This document shows positions 54,714-62,207 of a DNA stretch of 64,000 nt, piece after piece. A program made the position numbers and the translations under genes. This stretch comes from Eubacteriales bacterium. Its GTDB lineage: Bacteria; Bacillota; Clostridia; Oscillospirales; CAG-382. Under the pieces are notes generated by a model. That model did not search any database and was not told the DNA's origin. It saw only the letters and a list, made by a program, of their open reading frames with translations. The stretch spans positions 64,934 to 128,933 of the forward strand of contig JAZSNS010000031.1 in NCBI GenBank assembly GCA_045536535.1. Reading direction: 5' to 3'. The first letter of the stretch is position 1. Each line of letters opens with the position of its first letter.

Positions 54714-55693
54714 CCCGTGACGTTTTGGTCGAAAAAGCGGTTTCCATGCTCGAAAGCGGTGACGTTTGCTGTGTTCTCGGTTGGAGAAAGGGCGAATTTG
54801 ATTACGACATCACTCCCGCCGTTTTCACAAGCAAGGAAGATATCGAATCAAATTTCGTATTCAACGACTTTTGCGGCGCAAACTTTTCAAAATATTTAAT
54901 TCAGAAAACCCGCAAGGCGGAAGGAAAGATTCTTGTTTTCCTCAAACCCTGCGATACTTACAGTTTTAACCAACTCCTTACCGAGCACCGTTTTGACCGC
55001 AATCTTGTTTATGCGGTCGGAATCCCCTGCGAAGGTATGGCGGACATAAACAAGGTCAAAGAAGTCGTCGGCGAAGGCATCTCCTCGATCGATTTTGACG
55101 GCGACAAGATTCTTGTTAACACCATTTACGATGACGAACCTCTTGCGGTGGAAGCCAAAAGCGTCATTGCTGAACGCTGCATAAACTGCAAGAGCAAAAA
55201 GCACGTCGCCTTTGACGAGCTTATCGGCGAAGACGGAGATGTTATCGAATCGGGCAGATTTGACGAAGTTGAAAAAATCGAAGCAATGACTCCCGACGAA
55301 AGATTTGCTTTCTGGCAGAACGAACTTTCAAAATGCATTCGTTGCAACGCATGCCGCGACGTTTGTCCCGCCTGCACATGTGAAAAGTGCGTTTTCGACA
55401 ACCCGAAATCGGGCGTTGAAAACAAAGCGGCGGCAAACAGTTTTGAAGAAAAAATGTTCCACATCATTCGCGCGTTCCACGTTGCAGGCCGTTGCACCGA
55501 CTGCGGCGAATGTTCAAGAGTCTGCCCTCAGCACATTCCGCTTCATTTGTTGAACAGAAAATTTATCAAAGATATTGATCTCTTTTACGGCGAATATCAA
55601 GCAGGTGAAGAAGTCGGCTCGCGCGCTCCGCTTGTTGACTACACCACCGATGATCTTGAACCCGGCGAAGTTTTTGAAGGGAGGGGCAACTGA
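54701..55693 (+). CDS. 4Fe-4S cluster protein (FlxC-like)
   Basis: 330 aa from ATG 54701 (GGAGGA upstream), overlapping mvhD by 13 nt. Motifs are CIRCNACRDVCPAC and CTDCGECSRVCP. The family call is by architecture and context only. Confidence 0.75.
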   Translation: MQKITRDVLVEKAVSMLESGDVCCVLGWRKGEFDYDITPAVFTSKEDIESNFVFNDFCGANFSKYLIQKTRKAEGKILVFLKPCDTYSFNQLLTEHRFDRNLVYAVGIPCEGMADINKVKEVVGEGISSIDFDGDKILVNTIYDDEPLAVEAKSVIAERCINCKSKKHVAFDELIGEDGDVIESGRFDEVEKIEAMTPDERFAFWQNELSKCIRCNACRDVCPACTCEKCVFDNPKSGVENKAAANSFEEKMFHIIRAFHVAGRCTDCGECSRVCPQHIPLHLLNRKFIKDIDLFYGEYQAGEEVGSRAPLVDYTTDDLEPGEVFEGRGN

Positions 55694-56712
55694 TGTTTAA
55701 ATGCTCGTTTGATTCCCTTGACGGCATTTTTGCGAAGATCGCGAACAACGCCACGCTTTATCTCCCCGCTGACAACGGCGACGGCAAAGCAGTTTTCACA
55801 AAATGGGAAAACGGAATCGTTTGGAGCAACGCTCTCAACACCGAAAGAAGCCCCAAGGACTTCTTCTTCCCTCAGTTTGAAAACATGATGGAATTCAAAG
55901 TTGAAGGCAAGTCCATCGAAATCAGCGACATTCGCAATGAATCCGAAGATTTCGTTGTGTTCGGCGTTCGTGCCTGCGACGTTAAAAGTTTTGACATTCT
56001 CGACAGAGTTTTCCTTGTTGACCCCTGTGACAGTTATTATGCAAATCGCAGAGAACACGGAATCATTGTTTCGGTTGCTTGCACAAAGCCTTCTGAAACC
56101 TGTTTCTGCAAAACCTTCGGCATTGACTGCACAAATCCCGGCGGCGATATCGCCGTTTGGAAGACAGAAAATGCTCTTTATTGGACTGCAAACACCGAAA
56201 AAGGCGAAAAGCTTTTGAATTCGCTCGGTCTTGAAGAATGCACCGACGATGCGGTCAACGCACAAAAAGAAAAGACCGAAAAGATCATGAAAAAACTTCC
56301 GCTTGCAAACCTCACAACCGACGGTTTCGGCGGAGGCAAGACCAAGGAACTTTTCGACCGTCCCGAATGGAAGACGCTTTCTGAATCCTGTCTCGGCTGC
56401 GGTACATGTACCTTTGTCTGCCCGACATGTCAATGCTATGACATCAAGGATTTCAACACCGGCAAGGGTATCGTCCGTTTCCGTTGCTGGGACTCCTGCA
56501 TGTATTCCGATTTCACAAAAATGGCGCACGGCAACAACAGATTGAGTCAGGTCGAACGTTTCCGTCAGCGTTTCATGCACAAACTCGTTTATTATCCCGA
56601 AAATAACGAGGGTATCTTCGGTTGTGTCGGTTGCGGCAGATGCCTGGCTAAATGCCCTATTTCGATGAACATTGTTAAAGTTATGAAGACGATCGGAGGT
56701 AACGAGGAATGA
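55693..56712 (+). CDS. 4Fe-4S cluster protein, AsrA/HydB(sulfhydrogenase beta)/FlxB-like
   Basis: FGVRACD, ETCFCKTFG, CLGCGTCTFVCPTC and CVGCGRCLAKCP. TGATG overlap with the upstream gene. Confidence 0.8.
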   Translation: MFKCSFDSLDGIFAKIANNATLYLPADNGDGKAVFTKWENGIVWSNALNTERSPKDFFFPQFENMMEFKVEGKSIEISDIRNESEDFVVFGVRACDVKSFDILDRVFLVDPCDSYYANRREHGIIVSVACTKPSETCFCKTFGIDCTNPGGDIAVWKTENALYWTANTEKGEKLLNSLGLEECTDDAVNAQKEKTEKIMKKLPLANLTTDGFGGGKTKELFDRPEWKTLSESCLGCGTCTFVCPTCQCYDIKDFNTGKGIVRFRCWDSCMYSDFTKMAHGNNRLSQVERFRQRFMHKLVYYPENNEGIFGCVGCGRCLAKCPISMNIVKVMKTIGGNEE

Positions 56713-57542
56713 ACAATCGCAGAGAACCTTTGATCCCTGTTGTCGGCGTTATTACCGACGTTCGTATTGATACCCCCGACATCAAGACCTTCCGCGTTGT
56801 TACTCCCGACGGAAAGAAGGCGTTTGACCACATGCCCGGTCAGTGCGCGATGCTTTCTATCCCCGGTGTCGGCGAAGCGATGTTTTCGATCACATCGTCC
56901 CCGACAAACACCGAATTTATGGAATTTTCTATTAAAAAATGCGGTTGCGTTACCGATTGGCTCCACCAAGCAGAAGTCGGTCAGCAATTAACCATTCGCG
57001 GTCCTTACGGCAAGGCGTTTCCCGTTGACGATGCGTTCGTCGGCAAGAACCTCCTGTTCGTTGCGGGAGGCGTCGGTCTTGCTCCGCTTCGCTCGGTAAT
57101 CAATTATTGCCGTTATTATCGCGACAGATACGGCAAGATCGACATTGTTTACGGTTCGAGAAGCAAAGACGATCTTCTTCAATACAAAGAAATTATTGAA
57201 GAATGGGCCACCGATGAAGGTGTTAACGTTCATCTCACCATCGACCGTGAACAGGAAGGTTGGGACGGACACGTTGGTTTTGTGCCCAACTATGTTAAGG
57301 AACTCGGTTTTGACACCGACAAGACCGCAATACTTTGCGGACCTCCTATTATGATCAAGTTCACTCTTGACGGACTTCAAACGCTCGGTTTTGAGAAAAC
57401 TCAGGTTTACACAACGCTTGAACTCAAAATGAAATGCGCTATCGGCAAATGCGGCAGATGCAACGTCGGCTCGAAATACGTCTGCAAAGACGGCCCGGTT
57501 TTCCGATTTGACGAACTTGATGAACTTCCGAGCGAATATTGA
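56709..57542 (+). CDS. FAD/NAD(P)H-binding 2Fe-2S oxidoreductase, AsrB/HydG/PyrK/FlxA-like
   Basis: FNR-like fold (RPFSITS-like FSITSSP, LLFVAGGVGLAPLRS) and C-terminal CAIGKCGRC...C. ATGA overlap with the upstream gene. Confidence 0.87.
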   Translation: MNNRREPLIPVVGVITDVRIDTPDIKTFRVVTPDGKKAFDHMPGQCAMLSIPGVGEAMFSITSSPTNTEFMEFSIKKCGCVTDWLHQAEVGQQLTIRGPYGKAFPVDDAFVGKNLLFVAGGVGLAPLRSVINYCRYYRDRYGKIDIVYGSRSKDDLLQYKEIIEEWATDEGVNVHLTIDREQEGWDGHVGFVPNYVKELGFDTDKTAILCGPPIMIKFTLDGLQTLGFEKTQVYTTLELKMKCAIGKCGRCNVGSKYVCKDGPVFRFDELDELPSEY

Positions 57543-57592
57543 TAACTTCGCTCTCGCTCGAAAACCTACAAGGTAAAAAGGAGATTTATTTA

Positions 57593-58267
57593 ATGGAAAA
57601 TATGGTTAACATTTTTCTGTTCGGCAAAAAGTATTCGGTGCCGGACAACCTGACAATTATGAATGCTATGGAATACGCAGGCTATCAACTCGTCAGAGGT
57701 TGCGGATGCAGAAACGGTTTCTGCGGTGCTTGCGCTACCATTTACAGAATCAAAGGCGACAAGGAACTCAAATCCTGTCTCGCTTGCCAAACCAAAGTTG
57801 AAGATAACATGTATATCGCCACCCTGCCCTTCTTCCCTCTCGTTAAGCAGGTTTACGATATCAACACCGTTTCGATCAACGAGACCGTCATGATGCAACT
57901 TTACCCCGAAATCTATGCCTGCATCGGATGCAACGCCTGCACCAAGGCTTGTACGCAGGAGCTTAACGTTATGCAATACATTGCTTATGCTCAGCGCGGC
58001 GATTTCGAAAAATGCGCAGAAGAATCGTTCGACTGCGTAATGTGCGGCGTTTGCTCGTCACGTTGCCCCGCAGGTATTTCGCATCCGCAGGTTGCGATGC
58101 TTGCACGCAGAATCAACGGCAAATATCTCGCACCCAAATGTGATCATCTTGATGAACGCGTTCAGGAGATCAAAGACGGAACCTTTGCTGAACTCATTGA
58201 AGCACTTATGCAAAAGCCTATCGATGAGATCAAGGAACTTTACAACAACCGCGATATTGAGAAATAA
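57593..58267 (+). CDS. SdhB/FrdB-like iron-sulfur protein (2Fe-2S plus two Cys-cluster motifs)
   Basis: 224 aa from ATG 57593 (AAGGAG upstream). Motifs are CGCRNGFCGACA...C, CIGCNACTKAC and CVMCGVCSSRCP. Confidence 0.82.
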   Translation: MENMVNIFLFGKKYSVPDNLTIMNAMEYAGYQLVRGCGCRNGFCGACATIYRIKGDKELKSCLACQTKVEDNMYIATLPFFPLVKQVYDINTVSINETVMMQLYPEIYACIGCNACTKACTQELNVMQYIAYAQRGDFEKCAEESFDCVMCGVCSSRCPAGISHPQVAMLARRINGKYLAPKCDHLDERVQEIKDGTFAELIEALMQKPIDEIKELYNNRDIEK

Positions 58268-58281
58268 GGAGGGTAAAAGAG

Positions 58282-59886
58282 ATGTATTCCGAAAAATTTC
58301 AGAAATCTTTGGCTGCTGTCGAGGCCGCAAGAGAGAAAAACATTGCTCTTGAACCCGCACGCATGACCGCTCAGCAGAAAACGGACCTTCTTGCCGAATA
58401 TCATCCCGACTACAAACAAGATGAATTCGAAATTCTTGCAATAGGTCCCAACAAGGGCGACAAGGTTCCGAAAGAACTTGCCGCAACGCTTCAAGCACAC
58501 AGCCGCGTTTGCGCGGAATGTATTGACCTTGAAAATCCCGATTATGACGTTGACGTTCTCGTTATCGGCGGCGGCGGCGCAGGTTCTTCTGCCGCTATCG
58601 AAGCGCACGAGGCAGGCGCAAACGTTATGATCGTCACAAAGCTCCGTATCGGTGACGCAAACACAATGATGGCGGAAGGCGGTATTCAGGCGGCTGATAA
58701 GCCCAACGACTCGCCTGCAATTCACTTTGTCGACGCTTTTGGCGGCGGCCACTTTGCCGCAAAACGCGAACTTCTTCAAAAACTCGTTTGTGATGCTCCC
58801 GAGGCGATCCAATGGTTAAGCGAACTCGGCGTTGAGTTCGACAAGACCGAAGACGGCACGATGGTCACAACTCACGGCGGCGGCACTTCGAGAAAGCGTA
58901 TGCACGCCGCAAAGGACTATTCGGGAGCGGAAATCATGAGAACGCTCCGCGACGAGGTTCTCAACAGAAATATTCCCGTTGTTGACTTTACTTCCGCGAT
59001 CGAGCTCATTCTCGATGAAAACGGCAATGCCGCAGGAGCGGTTCTTCTTAACATGGAAACCAAGGAGATCCTTATTGCGAAGGCTAAAACCGTTATCATC
59101 GCCACCGGTGGTGCAGGCAGAATGCATTATCAAGGATTCCCTACCTCGAACCACTACGGCGCAACGGCTGACGGTCTTGTTCTCGGTTACAGAGCAGGCG
59201 CGAAACTTCTCTATGCCGAAACGCTTCAATACCACCCGACGGGTGCGGCTTATCCCGAACAGATCTTCGGCGCGCTTGTTACCGAAAAGGTTCGTTCTCT
59301 CGGTGCAAAACTCGTTAACGTAAACGGCGAAGTTTTCATGCATCCGCTTGAAACCCGCGACGTTTCCGCTGCTTCCATTATCCGTGAATGTTCGACTCGC
59401 GGTAACGGCGTTGAAACCGATCAGGGCAAAGCCGTTTGGCTTGATACCCCGATGATCGAAGCGATCGGCGGCGAAGGAACTATTGAAAAGAGAATTCCCG
59501 CGATGATGAGAATGTTCGGTAAATACGGCATCGACATCCGCAAAGAGCCGATTCTTGTTTACCCGACGCTTCACTATCAGAACGGCGGTCTTGACATCAC
59601 TCCCGACGGCATGACCACCAACGTTAAGAACCTCTTTGTCGCAGGCGAAGCAGTCGGCGGTATTCACGGCAAGAACAGACTTATGGGCAATTCGCTGCTT
59701 GACATCATCGTATTCGGCAGAATCGCAGGTAAATCGGCAGGCGCGGCTTGCAAGGACATCACCGTTGGCAAACTTACGCTTGACCACGTTGCAAAGTTCG
59801 AGAAGGAAATTGCAGACGCAGGCATCGTTACAGATACCGTATCTCCTAAACTCCTCCCCGATTACACCAGAAAGGTTAACGGTTAA
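58282..59886 (+). CDS. succinate dehydrogenase/fumarate reductase-family flavoprotein, soluble type
   Basis: VLVIGGGGAGSSAA FAD fold, LQYHPTG, TEKVRSLG, PTLHYQNGG and GEAVGGIHGKNRLMGNSLLD. The N-terminal extension of about 88 aa lies before the Rossmann fold. Confidence 0.88.
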   Translation: MYSEKFQKSLAAVEAAREKNIALEPARMTAQQKTDLLAEYHPDYKQDEFEILAIGPNKGDKVPKELAATLQAHSRVCAECIDLENPDYDVDVLVIGGGGAGSSAAIEAHEAGANVMIVTKLRIGDANTMMAEGGIQAADKPNDSPAIHFVDAFGGGHFAAKRELLQKLVCDAPEAIQWLSELGVEFDKTEDGTMVTTHGGGTSRKRMHAAKDYSGAEIMRTLRDEVLNRNIPVVDFTSAIELILDENGNAAGAVLLNMETKEILIAKAKTVIIATGGAGRMHYQGFPTSNHYGATADGLVLGYRAGAKLLYAETLQYHPTGAAYPEQIFGALVTEKVRSLGAKLVNVNGEVFMHPLETRDVSAASIIRECSTRGNGVETDQGKAVWLDTPMIEAIGGEGTIEKRIPAMMRMFGKYGIDIRKEPILVYPTLHYQNGGLDITPDGMTTNVKNLFVAGEAVGGIHGKNRLMGNSLLDIIVFGRIAGKSAGAACKDITVGKLTLDHVAKFEKEIADAGIVTDTVSPKLLPDYTRKVNG

Positions 59887-59906
59887 CGGAGGGTTAAGAG
59901 ATTTAA

Positions 59907-61295
59907 ATGAAAAACAAAAACACTAATATCAAGAAGGCAATCGGCATTGTTCTGGCATTGTTAATAGTTGCCGGTGTTGCCGCTTGGTGTTGTTACAACG
60001 CTCTTGCGGACAACGCAGACGGGGTTGAAAGCACCTTTAACTTCTCGTCGACCTTCGTGCTCTTCACTCTTGTATTTGTCATTGTTGCTTTCGGTTATCT
60101 TTTGGGTTCGATCGAAATCAAAGGCGTTTCTCTCGGCACGGCAGGCGTTTTCCTTATCGCCATTCTTGTCGGTTGGCTTTGTACCCTTAACTTCGGAGAC
60201 GTTCCGCTTTTGGGCGCATTCCACATTGAGGGCGAAAGCGATGCGATCGTTACCACATTCAAATCCACCATTCAGAACATCGGTCTTATCCTTTTCGTCG
60301 GTGCGGTTGGATTTATCGCAGGTCCTAACTTCTTCAAGAACCTCGCGAAAAACTTCAAGACCTACATCCTTTTAGGTTTCGTCATCATCCTTTCGGGCAC
60401 TGCCGTTGCAGTCATCTGCTCGCTTCTCACGCCCGAATTCGGGCCTGAATATTGGTCGGGTGTTCTTTCGGGTGCTTTGACCTCTACCCCCGGTTTTTCT
60501 GCCGCAAAAGATGCGGTTTTGGGTCACCCCGATCAGGACAGTCTTGAAGCGCTTATCACTCTCGGTCATGCGGTTGCATATCCGTTCGGCGTTATCGGGG
60601 TTGTGCTTTTTGTGCAGCTTATCCCCAAAATACTCAAAGCGGATATGAACAAAGAAGTTGAACTTCTTAGAGCAGGCGCTTCCGAAGAAAGAAAGCTGCC
60701 CGACGGTCTTTTCAAATGCGATGAACTCGGACTTATGTCATTTGCACTCGCTATTGTTTCCGGACTTATTCTCGGTTCGATAACAATTCCGCTTTCTGCC
60801 GAAGGATATGCCGAGGGCGCACCTTGTTTCAGTTTGGGAACAACAGGCGGTGTTCTTATCATGTGCTTGATTTTCGGTCATTTCGGTCATTTCGGAAAAC
60901 TTTCGCTTGAAATCCCCGAAAAGACGCTTAAAGTTTGCAGAGAGTTAGGTCTTATGCTCTTCCTCCTCGGCGCAGGTTTTCACGGCGGCGTTGCGTTGGT
61001 CGAGCAGGTCAGCGAATATGGCGCGAGCATCGTTGTTTGGGGACTCCTCGGCGGTGCGGTCATGACGATTGCACCGATGATCGTCGGACTTTTGCTTGCA
61101 AAACTTCTTATGAAGCTCCCCTTGCTCAACTCGCTCGGTTCGATCACAGGCGGTATGACATCAACCCCCGCTTTGGGCGCGCTCATCAAAACGGCAAAAA
61201 CCGATGACGTTGCGGCGGCTTATGCTTCGACATATCCCATTGCACTTGTGCTTATCGTTCTTGCTTGTCAGTTGATGATAACATTGATGAACTAA
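59907..61295 (+). CDS. AAE-family (aspartate:alanine exchanger / YidE-YbjL-SucE-like) transporter
   Basis: 462 aa in two homologous hydrophobic halves. The first-half motif GYLLGSIEIKGVSLGTAGVF is typical of the Asp-Al_Ex domain as I recall it. Confidence 0.75.
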   Translation: MKNKNTNIKKAIGIVLALLIVAGVAAWCCYNALADNADGVESTFNFSSTFVLFTLVFVIVAFGYLLGSIEIKGVSLGTAGVFLIAILVGWLCTLNFGDVPLLGAFHIEGESDAIVTTFKSTIQNIGLILFVGAVGFIAGPNFFKNLAKNFKTYILLGFVIILSGTAVAVICSLLTPEFGPEYWSGVLSGALTSTPGFSAAKDAVLGHPDQDSLEALITLGHAVAYPFGVIGVVLFVQLIPKILKADMNKEVELLRAGASEERKLPDGLFKCDELGLMSFALAIVSGLILGSITIPLSAEGYAEGAPCFSLGTTGGVLIMCLIFGHFGHFGKLSLEIPEKTLKVCRELGLMLFLLGAGFHGGVALVEQVSEYGASIVVWGLLGGAVMTIAPMIVGLLLAKLLMKLPLLNSLGSITGGMTSTPALGALIKTAKTDDVAAAYASTYPIALVLIVLACQLMITLMN

Positions 61296-61296
61296 A

Positions 61297-61331
61297 CAAA
61301 AAAACTCGGTTCGATGTGAACCGAGTTTTTT
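61297..61331. terminator. bidirectional rho-independent terminator
   Basis: AAAAAAA-CTCGGTTC-gatgt-GAACCGAG-TTTTTT between convergent genes. Confidence 0.8.
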
Positions 61332-61358
61332 ATTTGTTATTTACTTTTCAATTCTTAA

Positions 61359-62030
61359 TCAGTCTTCATTTTTCTTGGAAGCAAGAAACATATAAACGAC
61401 AGCTGCCAAAGCGCCGCCGACGAGCGGAGCGACGATGAACACCCAAACGTTTGACAATGCTTCGCCGCCAACGAGAAGCGCGGGGCCAAAGGAACGAGCG
61501 GGGTTAACGGAAGTGCCGGTGAAATAAATACCGAAGATGTGAACGAGGGTGAGAGTCAAGCCGATAACGATACCCGAAACGGCACCGTTTTCGATTTTTG
61601 AAGTGACACCGAGAATTGCGAGAACAAACACGAAGGTAAGGATAACTTCAATGATAAGAGATTTTGCGATATCACCTTCAAAGAGAGCGTTTGCACCGAG
61701 ATTGCTTTCCGCACCGAAGAAATAACGGAGAACACCTGCGCCTGCAATCGCACCGGCAAACTGAGCAAGAATGTAGCCGATAAAATCGGTCACCGACATT
61801 TTCTTGCTGATGAGCATTGCGATCGAAACGGCGGGATTGATATGACAGCCGGAGATGTTACCGATCGAATAAGCCATAGCGACAATAACGAGACCGAATG
61901 CCAAAGCGGTGAGCAGGTAACCGGTGCCGTTTTCAGCCGAACAACCGACCGCACATGCCGTTCCGCAGGCGAACAATACCAACACGAAAGTTCCGATAAA
62001 CTCCGAAACGTACTTTTTCACAGAGTTCAT
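61359..62030 (-). CDS. aqpZ: MIP-family channel (aquaporin Z-like)
   Basis: Two NPA boxes (HINPAVS, SVNPARS), 223 aa. Confidence 0.92.
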   Translation of the reverse strand: MNSVKKYVSEFIGTFVLVLFACGTACAVGCSAENGTGYLLTALAFGLVIVAMAYSIGNISGCHINPAVSIAMLISKKMSVTDFIGYILAQFAGAIAGAGVLRYFFGAESNLGANALFEGDIAKSLIIEVILTFVFVLAILGVTSKIENGAVSGIVIGLTLTLVHIFGIYFTGTSVNPARSFGPALLVGGEALSNVWVFIVAPLVGGALAAVVYMFLASKKNED

Positions 62031-62207
62031 AGTAAAATCCTCCTAAAATTTGAAATATTTGCTATTGCTTTTTTATTATAACACATATATAATTTATTAC
62101 AAGTGTTTTTAATAAAGAAGTCAATAAAAATTTTTGACGATTCTGCATTATATAATACAACTTTTGTTGAATTTTTTCAAAAACAGATTCAGAAAGGTTC
62201 AGAACCG

